64,000 bases of DNA from Vicugna vicugna (GCA_013265495.1 MU057801.1:2572765-2636764), one strand, 5' to 3'. Shown: positions 49,021 through 63,205, counted from the stretch's first letter. Notes: generated by a model from the letters alone, not told the origin. Numbers and translations: made by a program.

Positions 49021-49849
49021 GGACTCGTCGTTGGCCGAGGCTGAGAGCCAGGGAGGGGACGATCCTAAAGGAAACGTCCAGGCACCGACACCAGACAGGA
49101 CAGAGGGCAAGCTGGGCCCACGAGGGAGGGACCCTGCAGTTGGGGACTGTGACATAAACAAAGTGAAACTCCAGGTGGCGGGGAAAGTCTCGGAGAAGGG
49201 GCGGCAGCAGAGTGAAGACCCAAGTTACCAACATTAGAGCCCCGCATCTGAGCCCCGGAGAAGCCCGCCCCCATCCGCAAGGGCCTGGGGGGCTGGGCGG
49301 TGCTGTCCGGCCTGTGAACGCTGCTGGGGGGAGGGGGTGGGGGCGCCTTCAGCAGCTGGTGAGCCCTGAAGGAGAGTCATCCATGCGTCAGCATCTCGCT
49401 GGGTTCTCTAAACCTCGGACACGGACTGTGCAGCAAACACAGGCACCGCCTCTCCGGACTGAGCCCGTGGTCGTCTGTGTCCGGGCCCAGGTTCAGAGAA
49501 GGCCGCCGCCCTTGCCCGTTTCCGTGCAGACTCCGGCCTACCCGCCAGGACTCTGGGGCCGGGGGCACGGGTGGGCCTGGGCGGGGAGGGCTTTAAACCC
49601 GGGGGTGTCCGTCTCCCACGGAACTTCCCCATGGAAGCTGGCCTGCCAGGCTAAGCGCCAGGGCGGGCCCACGGCAGGAACAAAGGAGCGGGGGACTCGA
49701 GCAGGTCTGCAGTGAGCACCCCAGGCGGGTGGTGGGGAGGGCGGGGCTCACTGTTTATAACTGCTGATTAACCATCCCATTAGGAAGGATGGCCTGAACA
49801 GCCAGCTCACCTCCCCCTCCCACGTTCCAATAAATGACACAAAGAGAAT

Positions 49850-50330
49850 GAAAAAGATGTAAGGTCACCACTAGTAGAAGAAACGTGCGTGGGTTTAGTC
49901 TCTGGAGAAATGACTGAAGAAAAGGACATGCAGGTTCGGGGGCTGGGCACCCTCCCCACACCCCCAAGTAAGTAATAACTTTGAGGCATTTACACCGAGC
50001 CATGTGGAAGCCCACACGTGTCATGATTCCAGGGTAAAGAAGGGCGCTAAGAGCTTCAGAGAGGAAAAAGGAACGAGGTCCACACGGAAGGCCGCCTCCC
50101 AGCGCCGTCAGAGCCTCCGCAGACCACAGAGGGAGACCGCATCTAACCTGGATTCCAGCTCCCGGAAGCTGCAGTGATCAGAGAAGCGTCAGAGCGCGTG
50201 TGCCCTGCAAAGGCGCAGAGCGCCCGCGTCCGGGGCCACCTTTCCAGGAAAGTTAGTGGAGCACAACCTCCAGGGAAATGAGGGCGAAAACCAAGAAAGG
50301 GACCAAGAAAGGGACGGGTGGAAACACGGG
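49850..50330 (+). mobile_element. Old L1 ORF1 3'-region relic
   Basis: ccagggtaaagaagggcgctaagagcttcagagaggaaaaagg...gtccacacggaagg resembles the old L1 ORF1 segment KDKEKILKASREK. Confidence 0.5.
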
Positions 50331-53300
50331 GGCGGAAGGGGGAGGGGACCCCGGGCCTGAGCGCTCACCTGCAGAAGCAAACACAGGTTATGGGTCCAGA
50401 GGTGCCCCCTCTGCCTGAGCCCCAGGCCCCTGGACAGCCAAGCTCAGCCCTGCCATCCGGTCACATCTTGTCACCGCCCCCTTCAGCTGCTCCCCAAACT
50501 GGCTGCCTTCCAGCCTCGTCCACTCCTCCCTGTACTGGAGGACCCTTGTGTCCAGCCCCGGAGGCGCTGGCAGACCTCATGGTTAGGGTGTCCCCTGTGG
50601 CAGCCGTCCTTCTCCATGGCAACAGCCCCTCCCCCTCCCCCCCGGAAATGAGCGTTTCAAATAAAGCCTCGCCTTTCCAACGTCAGGAGTTTGGCATCAC
50701 TTGTCTTTACGGAAACTCAAAGGCAGGCAGGGCGGTAGGAGCGCTTTTCGGTGGGAGAGAGGGAAGGTGTCAGGTCTGGTTGGACTGGAGGTGGTCGGCC
50801 CGGAGGGGCGGGAGGAGTGGGCCTCCCTGTGGTTGTTCCGGGTCATGTTTGTGTTTCTCAGGCTGGTCCCTAGCTGGACACAGAGACAGTTATGACAGTT
50901 CTGAGCGTCCTGGGCCGAGTCCTGCAGAGGCCGTGGGTGGCGTCCGGGCTGCTCACCGCAGAGCGTGGGTCAGAGCTCTCCAGTCATGGACGGTCTGGCC
51001 TTGTCCGTCTGAGCCCCGCCCCATCCCCACGGCCGCCGCGCTCCCAGAGAGTCCTGTGCCCTCGGCTGAGTCAACAAGGAATCCCGCCTGCGTCCGCGGT
51101 GCCAGAGTCGGCCCGAGCCGGGTGGGCCCCCGAGCGGATGTGTGTGTGAGTATGTGAGTGAGTGTGGGCGGGCGGTGTATCTGTGCATGTGTGTGTGCGT
51201 GTGTGGGGGTGTGTGTGCACACACTCCTGTCCCCCAAACCCACGCTCAGCCCCGTGCGGGCAAACACCAAACGAGGCTCCGTGCACAGAAGCTGAAGGAC
51301 AGCAAGGACCCTCCCCGGTCCCCGCGCAGGGATGCCAGGCCCACGCCAACCACGGCGACCCCGCCAGCCCCGGCCCCGCCTCGTCCTCCAACCACGGCCT
51401 CTGCTCTCGGTACTTACTTCAGTCCTGTGCACTGAAGCCCCGCCGGTGTCCTTATAAAGCCACGTGCAAACAGCCCTCACCAGGCCCCCAGACCACAGGG
51501 TCCCGGGAGGGGAGATGAACCCACTCCCCAGCTGCCTCGGCCACAGCAGGGCCTCGGTCCCTCCTGGGCCGTGAGCGCCGGGGGCAGCGCACCCCCCGCC
51601 CCGCGCCCTCCCGGGTGCCCAGCGGCTGCTAGGCTGGCATTTGGTGCCGGGTCTCACACGGCTCCTCCAAGACACAGGAAGGAAGCCAGCCTCGGGCGTG
51701 GGGGTGGAGGTCCCCTCCCCTCCTAGGCCCCTCTGAAGGCTTGGGCCCACCGCAGTCAGTGCGCAGGCCCCGGCACTTGCTCCCTGAGCCCCGATTCCCT
51801 CACTTCCTGGGGGCGCATCCCCAGTGAAAGGGAGCACAGGCTCTGAGTCTCTGGGGGCCCAGTCCAGGATGCCCACCCACCGTGCCCGAGGACGAATAAA
51901 CTCTCACCAGTGGTCACCACGCTTTCCCGCCAGGAGCTGGGCCATGACTGCCCAGGAAACTGTCCCTAAACAGAGGGCAGGGCTCACCGTGCAAGTTGCT
52001 CCTGTGGGAACAGCCCACCAGCCGCCCCGCCCAGTCTTCTAGGACCCGAGGTCTCCCCCCAGGAACTCTGGCCTGGATACACTCAGGGCCCAGAAAAGAG
52101 GCTGCCCAGACCCCTGGGAAGAGGGGATAGGTTCAAAAAGGATTTGAGGAAATGGAACTGAAATCAGTCATTTGAACATTAAATCACGAAAGTGCAAAGA
52201 ACTCTGAGTTACTTTTATCCCACACCCCGGGAGCTGAATATTTCGACAAATTAATCGGTTCTCCAAAACGGCATGTACATCTAAATTTCGGTTGCTTTGG
52301 ATGAGCTGCTGGCCCGGTTGCTAGAATTCACCTCCGCCAGGCCGGGTGAGGTGAGGAGCCCCCTGCGACTGGGGGCCCACCTCCCGGCTTGCTGGGGCAG
52401 CCCCACCCACCTGAATGGGAAACCCGCCCATTCCCTGGAGAAGTTTCTTGAAGAAGTTTCCAAGAAGCCTGCTTGTTCACACCTTGGGGATGACAGTGCT
52501 TTCCCGAGGCTGGCAGAGGGGGCAGCCGGCCACCGCCGGGAGGGCCTCTGCCAGTTTCCGCGGCGGCACACGTGGCCGGGGAGATGGAGGTCGCCCGCCA
52601 GCTCTGCAGTGTCCTCCGGGCACAAGGCCACTGCTGTGGGCAGCAGCCACAGAAGGCTCTCCTGGTTCCACCTGGAGGGCCACAGGTCGCACCCCTCCAC
52701 TTCCCCTCAAGTGCAGAATCAACAGTCACACTGATTCCCAGTTTCAAAACCCACTGAGACGCTTCAGCTGCCGACCAGACACATACGCGGACTCAATGCG
52801 GCAGGAACCAGACGTCAGAAACCAGCGCAGCCGACGCTGGAGAGGCAGCCCGGGTGCACAGACCCGGCTGCCCGATCCTGAGCCCTGGAACAGGCTCTTT
52901 CCCAGCAGTGACAGGAGCCCCGACCCCGCAGCCCGCAGCCTGGGGCGGACACCCACCAGGTGCTCCCCTTGGGACAGCAAGTCCCTAAAATCAAGGCAGG
53001 AGGGACCGCATTCCTTCTCCAATGCTGTCCAACCCCACAAAGCACCCTTTACCCCCTGGGGAGGAAGGAGCAGGGGGGCAACTTGAGGCCAGGGCGCTCC
53101 TTTCCTGGACGGAAGCAGCCAAGTGAGCTGCGGGGGTCCCACCAAAGGTTCTTAGGGACCCTCTGCCTCACGCCCACTTAAACTGGATCGCTTACTGTGG
53201 CCTAAGCACGACTCCCTAAGGTGTTTGCCTCCAAACCTGTGCTCACACAGCGAGGTGACCCCGTGTGTGCACTTAGCCAAGTTCCCACGTGCGGGGACAG

Positions 53301-53689
53301 CAAGTGAGAGCCACCCCCGCCCCGAGCAGGTGGAGAAGGGGCGTGGGCTCACGATGCCCCCGCGCCCAGTGCACGCTGATTCAAGTGTAAGTCTGATTCC
53401 GGCGATGCAATGAGGCAGAGTCTCCTCACCCTATGAGACCCGGGCATGGTCCCAGCCCCTCCAGCACCCGCCCTGCTGGCTGGGAGGCAACCCCCCGGGC
53501 CACTCCCCCATGCCGAGGCAGTGGTCACCGGCACCAAGGCGGTCTCCTCCATGCACACCTTCCCTCACCAGGATGCCTGGCCGGCTTCTGCCTGGGGCCC
53601 CGGCTTCCGCAGTCACTGCTGCTGTGCCCGGCACACCCCCCCCACCTTCCCAGTGCCACCCTGCCCCGCCTCCACCCCCTCCAGCACTG

Positions 53690-53890
53690 TCCCCGGCTCC
53701 CTCCCCTTTATTCCTCTTCTGAGAGCTCCCAGCCCCTGGCCACCTGTACCCCTCACTTCTTTTTCCTCCTCCTCTCCCACTGGACGGAAACTCTTAATGG
53801 ACGAGGAATTTTGTCCTCTTATCCAACCACTTTCTCCCCAGCACCCAGAAAACCCCTAGCTCACAGGAGCCACCTGACAGACTGGACTTA
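53690..53890 (+). mobile_element. L2 3'-end relic
   Basis: cccactggacggaaactcttaatggacgaggaattttgtc...ccccagcacccagaaaacccctagctcacagg resembles the L2 tail. Confidence 0.5.
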
Positions 53891-56800
53891 AAGGAAGGAA
53901 GGCAGCTTAATTAGCATATTATCAAAGGCCAACTCTTCAGCCCAGAGGAGGCTGTAGCGTCTCACTTCGTGTCGTGTCCGATTCTCAGAGGGTCTCCAAG
54001 CGCCCCCACAGCAGCATCACCCAGCCGGGGACCGGTGGCAGTGAGGACTGTCACCCACTCTGAGCTTCCATGGCCACCTCCTTCCCCAAGGGACTCAGGC
54101 ACAGCCTCCTCCTCCGAGCTGCCTCCAGGACCCCAGGCCTTCGTGGAGCATCCTGGGGCCCCTGTGGGGAGTGGAGCGCAGATGTCCTCACAGCAGGAGC
54201 AGGAACAGAGCCACCAGAGAGGGCGCTGCCTCCCTCTGGCGCCCACGCGCCTGAGGGCACGTCACACACCTGATGTGTTCCCACAACAAGCCTGTGCTGT
54301 GGGGACAACTGTTACCCCACTTGCTCCTGACAACCCAGGCCCCAAGAGTCTTCTTCAACATCCCAAACGCACGGAGAGCTGGCCCCGCACCCTTTGCTGG
54401 GCCCGACTGGCCCACGGGGCCGGAGTCCACCCAGCGCTGGCCCTACCAGGGACTCTGCTCTGGGGTTGGTCCCTGCCCTGCCCTGGAAGGGCCCCTGCCT
54501 GCCAGGGGGTAAACGCCCCCTCACCCCTCCCTGCCCGAGAGCAGGGGCGCCCACCCAGCGCTGAGCCCGACACCTGCGGGCGGCCAGGCACACGTCCTCA
54601 GGTTACGGTTTCTCCAGGTGGACAGTCCCCTCTTTAAGATGTGACAGCCCAGGGCTCCTTCCATCTCAGGGAAGGACAGGTGTGGGGACAGGGCGTGCCG
54701 CCCTGTGGAGTAGAACTACAGGAGCGCCGTCGGCGAGGGTTTACGGCAGACACGGGCTCCCTGGGTGCACCGTTTATGTGGGCACGTTTGCAGTGAATCA
54801 CGGAGCTCGGCCACACAGGCTGGCTTCCCGCTGCCGCCCCCACCCGGTGCAGATGGGGGGGAGGGTGGAGCCGCAGCCCAGCCTGGGGCCAGTCTCTGCC
54901 CCCCAGGCCTTGCTGCCCCACGTCCGCTCACCCTGGGGTGAAGCAGGGACGCCCTTCCTGCTCTCAGCTCTCACCGCCCCGCCTGTTCCAGCTGCAAGTG
55001 CAGAACAGCAACCGTCCTGAAGTTAACGACATGAAGCACATTTTCATCACACCTCACGCCATTAATTTTAGGGTGGCCTGCTGGTCTGTGCTAGTGACTG
55101 GACTTCAGAAAGGGCACAGCAGGGACAGTTGTCTGCCCCACAACGTCTGGGGCTCCCAAGCTGGAGGGGCAGAGAAACGCAGGTGCTGGCAGAAACGCAG
55201 GTGCTGGCGAGAGCCGCAGAGGTCTGGGCAGGCCCCTGGGCAGGCAATGTCTGCTGGGATGTGAGTCCTCGAACCCAGATCATGGACCCTGTGCATTGAG
55301 TCAACGAGAAGTGAGAAAGATGAAAGGACCGTCACAGCCACAGATTACAGAGCAGCTGTGGGTGGTGACGTGTGTCAGCCAGGATGTGTGCTCGGACCCC
55401 AGAGAATTCCCTAGAAGGTGTCTGAAGCCCGTATGTTCAGTGGGAGGCTGGGGACAGGAGAGAACTAGAAAGGCAGGGCTGCAGTGCGCTGTCCCTGGGG
55501 CGGATGCAGGTAGCCGCAGGTGGCTCTTGGTCACTTCACTCGAGATGCAAATACCGTGGCAGAAACAGCCAGTGGCTTGGCCTGAACCACGTGCCACGCC
55601 TGCCCCCGGAGACAGTGTAATTTCCTAAGAGGAAACCAGGCTGAGGGCAGGTGGGGAGAGGTGCCGGCTCACGGCAGCGGGAGCGCTCGCGGCGAGCACG
55701 CGGAAGGAGCGCGCTCCGCAGCCCAGCTCTGCTCTTCCCGTGAGGGCGTCCCCGCCGCCACCAGTGGCCAGGAGCCGCCTCTGGTGAAGCAGTGCCGCTG
55801 CCCCTGCGCTTGTGGGCACAGATCCAAATGCCCAGCAGTGCTGGGAGGCTGGCCTCTGAAAGGAACGGAGCAGTGCCTGCAACTTTGTGCTTAAAAAGTG
55901 CAAGGCGGCCTTTGTTTACCAAGCTATTTGAAGATTGCTCGTTGTCTCCAAGCCACTAACAGGGTGAACCCTCTGCTGCCTTAAACACAGACTTGACAAG
56001 CTATTACTTTAGATTTTCAGTAACCACGTATATTTAGCAATTAGGGACATGAGCGCTGCCAAGTGACTGTGGGAAACTGATGCTGACGCTCGGATCCTGC
56101 AGGGCTTGTGTTCATTCTACTGAACGGGGATCCCGAGCACGTGGCTTCAGTCCAGCCTCTGTCCCCGTGTCCTCCACCTGACTACAAGCACAGGCAATAC
56201 ACTTCTGTTCTCCTCTAAATGCGCTCTGCCCCATGCTCACTCGAACGGTCTACACTGGCCACCGGACTCCCACGCTGCCCAGCAGGAACGATGGCCTGCC
56301 CCGTGGACGCCCTGTCCACAGCCCCAGCCACTGCTGCAGGCCCTGGAGACCCCGTCTGGGGGCTTTCCTAACGTGGGGTCAGGCCAAAGGGACCAGGCTG
56401 GACCCCCAGAACAGCCCTTCAGGCCTTGGGCCCGGACGGCTCCCAGGTGGGCTGAGCCCCCGCCTGCAGCTTCCTATGGCTCCTTCCTCCCCCGTGGCAG
56501 CCCGAGATCCCTCCCAGAGAAGCCACGTCACTCAAGCCCTCGTCCCTCGCGTCTGCCTCCGTGGGAGCCCACCCAAGCCACCCACCAGCCCCCATAAACC
56601 AGCCTCCTCTTTCTGCATCGGAAGAGAAGGTCCACGTGGGGGCGCCAGGCAGCTGCTGCACTGCCTGGCCTAGGAGTCACCTGCAAGGCTCTGCAGAAGC
56701 GTGACAATCACCCCCTCCCCGTCCTCCCTTTTCCCAGGCATTCATACACCTCCTGGGACAGGACAGGCGGACAACAGGGAGGCCAGACGGGCGACAGGCC

Positions 56801-58859
56801 CTGTGCGGGACCACCAGTGGGGACACGGGGCTCCCCCTCCCCGGACCCCTGCTGGTACTTGGACAAAAGTCACGTGGCCTGAGGGGCGACTGCCACCGGC
56901 AGGTGCCTGTCCCGAGTGGCCTGCTCAGAGCCCTGGGCTTTACGCAGTCTGTCCTGCCCTCGGGGGTCTGAGGCCAGGGGAGTTTGAGAACCGCTGAAAG
57001 GGAACCAGGGGAGCATCCGCTCACAGTGGAGAAAGCGGGGCCGGGGGCAGGCGGCCGCCGGGTGGCCCCTGAACCTCACCCCCACCCACCCGGGGGGTGA
57101 TGTTGGGAGAAATCGCCGTGGTCTCCACACCACACAGCACGGATTCAAGCAACTTTACTCAAACCTGAGCCACAAAAAGAAGACGTTCAAAAGTAAGACA
57201 CACAAAGGGAAAATGGTAGAAGCACTGACAGGTTCCATGAAAAGCGTCCTCTGGCCCTTCAACCACCCCCCCACATCGCCGCTCCGCCCCGCCCCGTGTT
57301 TATCCCAGCGCGTTCGCTTCTCCACTTCACACGGACCTGCCCTTTATCCCCCTGAACTATGTCTTGGAAACGCCTTCTTCTCAGTCAAGAGTCCCTCTTC
57401 CACTGCATTCACCTCCCCAGGGACGGGCCCGCGGCCCCCACGCAGGACCGTTGCCCCAGCTGAGGGGCGGACGCTGCCCCCGCGATCACCTGGCCGACTC
57501 CCTGCAGGCAGACAGAGGCTCCTGTCCACACTGGCCTGGCTGGGGTTCCAGGACCTCAGTTCCCTCGTCATCCATCAGGGTCCTGCCAGCCCGTGTCGGG
57601 AAGGGCCCAGCACGACTGCAGGAACGGTCAAGAGAGGGGGTCCCTGTCTTCCTCTGACCCCCACTCCCAGGGACCCAGCTCATAGCGCTTCCATCCAAGC
57701 CCACCGCAGTGACAGGGAACGCGGCCCAAGGGGCTGGGCGACGGGGCCACGGGTGGGGGGCCAGGGAGCTGGTCCCACACATCTGGGGACGTTCCTGGGC
57801 CAGAAAGCCCTGGCTGCTGGAGGCAGTGGCGGGAGGACTGGGATGCACCGAGTCCCTCCAAAACACCTGTGAGAGCCTGATTGCCCATTTAACAAAGCGC
57901 AGCCTCTTCTCTGGGGAAAACTAACCCAGGACAGCCAAGCAGTGACTCACAGTCCAGGTGACAGGCACTGGCCGACCGGAGTGTCACAGCTCTTCAGACA
58001 AGGCCCAACAGTAGCTCACTCCAAAAACCCCTCACCCTCTCAGGCCCCAGCTCCGCCAGCGGGACTCCCCCTCCCGTCCCTGTGTTCTTGAGGCTCCTGG
58101 AAGGAAACAGAGAACCTCGTTCCATCAGCATAACACGTCCTTGCAGAGCATGAAAGTACGTGATTGCTTTTTGGAAACACCTGACCTGGGGCAGCAACTC
58201 AGGAAATCTGGTAAGGTGGTAATGGAGAATGTGTCCGGTGCGAACATCCACTCTAAAAACATGCTCATGTCACACTTCCCATAAAGGTCAAAATTACTGT
58301 TACGTTGAAAACATTTCTCAAAGTACAACTGTCTTGACCCGTGAAGTGAACCCAATTCCTACTAGGTTTACAGCCTCGGGCTTAAGGCACACGCATCTCA
58401 CCAGAAGGGCCTCACTAATCATGCTGGAGGCTGAATTACAGCGGCACTCCAGGACCGTACACCGCCTTGCTGGCCGCCTTGGTGACGCCTTCCCTTGGAA
58501 GCAAGCACACCTTCCCCAGCGCGGCCCGCGACCACGTCTCCGCCCGCTCGGGTCACTCAGGCACAGACCTGTCCCCTCCCTGCTGGCGCCGTCCACCTCC
58601 GGGAGCCTCTGGCCGGGGAGCCGCCAGCCAGGTGTCACTGCAGCCGCAAGGGGCGCCACGGCCCGCAGAGGGTGTGCAGCATGGACAGGGGTCCTGCTCG
58701 GGGGCCGTCTTCCAGACGCAACCAGGAAGCTACAGGGAGAAGCATCCGCCCCGCCCAGCTTCTCCGGTGGAGCCTGGAAAGTGGGCGGCGGGTGGAAGGG
58801 GCCCAGGCAGCAGCTATGCACGCTGCACCCAGACTCTGTCATCACACAGCCTGGACATC

Positions 58860-59180
58860 CTGGAGGGTGAGGCTGGGTGCTCATGGCCCAGATCAAGTGT
58901 CCACCACCTCTGCTTTTCCAGAGGCTCCGGGGAGGCCCCGACCAGGCTCCCGGAGGCAGAGCCCAGTTCCTTGTGTTGCAAGACAAGGCCCGACTCCGTG
59001 TGGCCGTCAGCCAAGGGCTGTCCTGGGCCCCGCAGGGCTCCTCACGCATCACACCCTCATCAAGTCCAGGAACTGGGCCTCGTGTGATGAGGTCAGGCCC
59101 GCCGGGGTGACCTCCCACTTCCAAGGTCAGAGGACGCCTGCACAGGGGAAATCCCCTTGGCCCTGTGAGCACCGTCACCA
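58860..59180 (-). mobile_element. MaLR (MLT1-type) LTR relic
   Basis: agatcaagtgtcc...ccagaggctccggggagg...cctcgtgtgatgaggtcaggccc...acctcccacttccaaggtcag resembles antisense MLT1. Confidence 0.5.
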
Positions 59181-59359
59181 CGGGGCCAGCCCTGCCCCGT
59201 CACAGGCTGGGGGCCTGGGCGAGGTCTCGGGGCGCCTCTGGAGTCGGCCTGGCACACCCCACGCCCTGCGAGCAGGGAACACTCACTGTGGCCGAGGGCA
59301 TGTTGTCTCGGCAGCGTCCCCCGCCCTCCGTCTGCCCCCAGTTTCCCGGCTTTCCAGTG

Positions 59360-59560
59360 GCACTAATAATAACAGCAACAGCAATCGCGAAGGCCAGCCC
59401 TCTCTCTGCTCAGCCCCCGGCAGACTGGTCTCGTTCAAGACTCGGACCTCGTGGAGCCGGCTCCGTTACTAATCCCGCCCTGCAGAGGGGAAACTCAGAG
59501 AGGCTAGGCACCGTGGCCCAGGCGACACAGCGGTGAAGCGGCGGCGCAGACGCGGCTTGT
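59360..59560 (-). mobile_element. MIR relic
   Basis: taatcccgccctgcagagggggaaactcagagaggctaggcaccgtggcccaggcgacacagc. Confidence 0.55.
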
Positions 59561-61039
59561 GCTCTAGCTAACGGCCCCGCCACCACTAGGCTCACCCCGC
59601 CCCCGTGGCACCGAGGGCCTGCACGCAGTTCCCAGACCACCCCCCACCGCGAGCGGCCGCGGCCCCACCTGTGCGCAGCCCAGTCCCACCTCCGGGCTGC
59701 TCCCTGGCCCCTCCTGTGGGGTCACTAGCCCAGAAATGCAAACACGTCAGTAAGTGTTCGCAAGCTCAAGATAATGAGAGAGGCAGCTTAGTGCAGAAAA
59801 CCGAGCCCGAGGGAGGAGGGAGCCCACGTGTCTAAGCCGTCACTCTGCTCCCAGCGAACAGAGCAAAGAAAACACGCCAGCCACAGAATCAGCTGTGTGC
59901 AGGACGGACGACACGCTGCTCGAAGCACAGCTCTTCCCAACTCGGAGCGGGAAACATTGTCCCGGGAGCCGGGTGGCCGCGCCTCGGTCACCGTGGGGGA
60001 GCAGCCCTGGGCGGCATGTGCAGCCTGGGGTCCCTGCCCCAGTGTGAGCAGAAGCCAGGGCGCCCCCAGGGCTGCAGCCCAGGAACCCCAGAGACTCGGC
60101 CCAGCACGTGCAGGGGACGGGCTTCCCTGGGTCTGCAAGCGCCCTGGCCGCCTTTCTCCCACCCGGAGCGGAAGCTCGCAGCTCAAGTCCTCACACCCAG
60201 GAAGGGCCTTGCGGGCAAGACTCCCTCTCTGCTGCCGAAGCATGCAATAAAGTAAAATGGAATGGAATGGAGTAACTGCAACACAACAGAGCAAGGCTGG
60301 GTGACCCGACTTCTGTGAAAGCAGGTGAGAGTGACCTCAGCCTTGACCCGGCCAACCTAACCCTGAAGAGAGGCGGGGCCGGGTTTGCACACACGCACAC
60401 GCATGCACACGCACACGCACACTTACACACACGCACACAATCTTGATTTCAGCACATAAACGCTCTCGTTTATAACTTTTCCATTTTCTGGTGTAGCCAA
60501 GAAATTTGGTCCCGAAATTTTCTAAAGCAAACAAGCAGTCACGAATCAGGAGCACAGGACAAGCTCAGGAGTGGACGTGAGGGAAGAGCCGCTGGGGAGG
60601 CCGTCAGGATCAACCACCAGAAGCCCTGCTGCAGAGCGGCCACACCCGGGGCCAGCCGCTGGGACGGGCGAGGCGCCGCTGGGACGGGCGGGGTGCGGCG
60701 TGAACGCACCATAGGAAGCGTTCAAGACGGACTTCCAGCCCGGTGGCCCAGAAGTGTGCCAGGGAGCTCAGAGCTTTCTGGAAGCATCCCGGAAACTCCC
60801 TCAACCCCACAGCCCACCTACCTTTTCCACATTTGGACCTTGTGCTGGCTGCACCCCCAACCTGGCTCGGAAAGCCTCTCCCAACAGCCATCTCTTTTCT
60901 GCCCTCTGACCCCCAGCCAGGGGCTAAGCCCTGCACGGGGAACGACCCCAGCACTGGGAAGCGACTTGGAACAAATCAGAGGAGACGGGGTCTGATGTGC
61001 TGACTCCAGAGGGTGTAGGCACGGGTGTAGCATCATGAC

Positions 61040-61330
61040 TGTTGTGTGGGCCGAGGGTTTGTGATCCTCTGCCACTCATGTGGGAGCCCTGCCTCCACGG
61101 GATGGGGTTTGCAGGGGATTCGAGTTAGACTGGGGGAGCGCAGCATCAGCACCCTGGTGAGAAGAGATGGGCGCCCCCCACCCAGTGTGAGGACCCAGCA
61201 AGAGGGGGCCTCAGAGCAAAACCTACCTGCTGGCACCTTGAACTTGGACTCCCTGCCTCCAGAGCTGTAAACTGCTGTTGAAGGCGGTCAGGCTGTGCTG
61301 TTTGTTACTACAGCCAAGCTGACTGATACA
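61040..61330 (+). mobile_element. MaLR (MLT1A/B/C-like) solo LTR
   Basis: Starts TG and ends ...gactgatACA. Contains the MLT1 3' motif cctgctggcaccttgaacttggactccctgcctccagagctgt...gctgtttgttactacagcc. Confidence 0.7.
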
Positions 61331-61849
61331 GGTTTAGGGCTAAGACGGTGCCCTGCTTTACAGAAGCCGAGCTCCACTAAATGGCCACCAAGACTTGCCA
61401 GCATTCCCTCCCTGGCCAGAGTCATTGTGTCCTTGATAAGCAGGAAGGTGCTCCCCCGCTCATCCTCGAACCCCCGTGCCCTCCGACCTTCCTCAGGAGC
61501 TCAGGGGTGGCTGGGAGCCAGGGATCAGCACCCAGGAAGCCAGGATGCCCCCCAGACCTGGGCCCCAACCACAGGCATCTTGTCCTTCCCCGTCCTGCCT
61601 GGGGTCAGTGTCGATGCACCAGGTACAACGGGAGCCAGCAAACTCTCAGGTTTGATTAGAAGGCCGCCGCCGGCCAGCCCGCCCACCCACGTAGGCAGGT
61701 GCCTGGTCCAAACCACCGGCTGGCGGCCGAAAGCTGGAGGGGAAGGTGGCCGTTTCTGCGGAACAGCTGCTCACACGCGCTGGGGTGCAGAGCACGGGCC
61801 CCGAGCTCTCGCCACACTAAGAACTGGGGGCTGAGAGAGGCGAGAGGAA

Positions 61850-63205
61850 ACCATAGTTCCCAGCTCCACATATGAGCAAGATCGCATGGTGTTTGTCTTT
61901 CTGTCTGGCTCACCTCACTTAGTACAACACCCGCAGGTCCAAACAGGTCCGTCCGTGCTGCAAAGGGCAAGACTTCATTCTTTTTCATGACGGAGTCATA
62001 GTCCACTGCACAATTTTGCTCCCCATTTACCTGTCGACAGACACGGAGGTTGCTTCCGTGTCTTGGCTGTTGTAAATAGTGCTGCAGTGAGCATGGGAGT
62101 GTAGATATCTCTTCAAGTCAGTGTTTTCATTTTCTCCAGTTAAATACCCAGAAGTGGAACTGCCGGATCACACAGTAACTCTGCTTTTAGTTTTTGATGA
62201 ACCTTCGCACTGTCTTCCACAGGGGCTGCACCCATTCACACTCCCACCAGCAGTGCCCAAGGGCACCCGTCTCCACATCCTCACCAATTTGTGGTCTTCG
62301 TGACGATGACCATTCTGACAGGTGCGAGGTTGTCCGTCGTCGTGGTTTGACTTCGCATTTCTCTAATAATTAGTTTAGCACTGCTGAGCGTACTTCCATG
62401 TGCCCGTTGACCATCTGTGTGTCTTCTTTGGAAAAGACGTCTATTCAGGCCTTCTGCCCACTTCTTTTTTTTTTAATTGAGTCGCAGTCAGTTTACAATG
62501 TTGCGTCAATTTCCAGCGTAGAGCACAACTTTCAGTCATACATGAACATACACATATTCGTTGTCACACTCTTCTTCACCGTGAGCTACCACAAGGCCTT
62601 GTGTATCTCGCCCTGTGCTTGCCCGTTTCTGATTGGATTGCTTTTCTGAGGCTGAGCTGTGTGAGTTGTTTATAAATGTTGGGTATTAACCCCTTGTTGG
62701 TCACATCATTTGTAAATATTTTCTCCCATTCCATAGGTTTTCTTTCTGTTTTTTTGTTTGTTTGTCTGTTTCCTTTGCTATGTAAAAGCTTTTAAGTTTA
62801 ATTAGGTCCCATTTGTTTATTTTTGCTTTTATTCGTTTTGACTTAGGAGCCAGGTCCAAAAAAATACTGACAAAGAGTGTTCTACCTATGCTCTCTTCTA
62901 GGAATTTGATGGTTTCAGGTCTTACTTTTAGGTCTATAATCCATTTTGAGTTTATTTTTATATACGACGTTAGAGAATGTTCTAATCTCATTCTTTTACA
63001 TGAAGCTGTCCAGTTTATTGAAGAGATTGTCTTTTCTCCACTGTATATTCTTGCCTCCTCTGTTATAGATTAATTGACCACAAGTGCGTGGGTTTATTTC
63101 TGGGCTCTCTATCCTGTTCCACTGATCCATGTGTCTGTTTTGGGGCCAGTGCCATACTGTTTTGATGACTGTCGCTTTGTAGTACAGTCTGAAGTCAGGG
63201 AGGGT
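61850..63205 (-). mobile_element. L1 ORF2 C-terminal half + 3' region, with a nested younger L1 tail
   Basis: The minus-strand ORFs [23 protein letters not shown]...[13 protein letters not shown] and [24 protein letters not shown]...[12 protein letters not shown] are L1 ORF2. Confidence 0.93.
62466..62619 (-). mobile_element. Very short younger L1 3' tail inserted in the older L1
   Basis: A poly(T) run, then aattgagtcgcagtcagtttacaatgttgcgtcaatttcc. Flanked by the imperfect TSD tgcccacttct (62455-62465) and tgcccgtttct (62620-62630). Confidence 0.75.

Noticed and set aside
55173..55208. 18-bp direct repeat agaaacgcaggtgctggc x2
   Set aside because: A simple local slippage duplication with no further structure.
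58229..59472. Overlapping ORFs of 206-325 aa
   Set aside because: They overlap MaLR/MIR relics in GC-rich DNA; no domain or splice-supported exon.
60254..60272. (GGAAT)n satellite-like motif
   Set aside because: Only about three units; too short to be meaningful.
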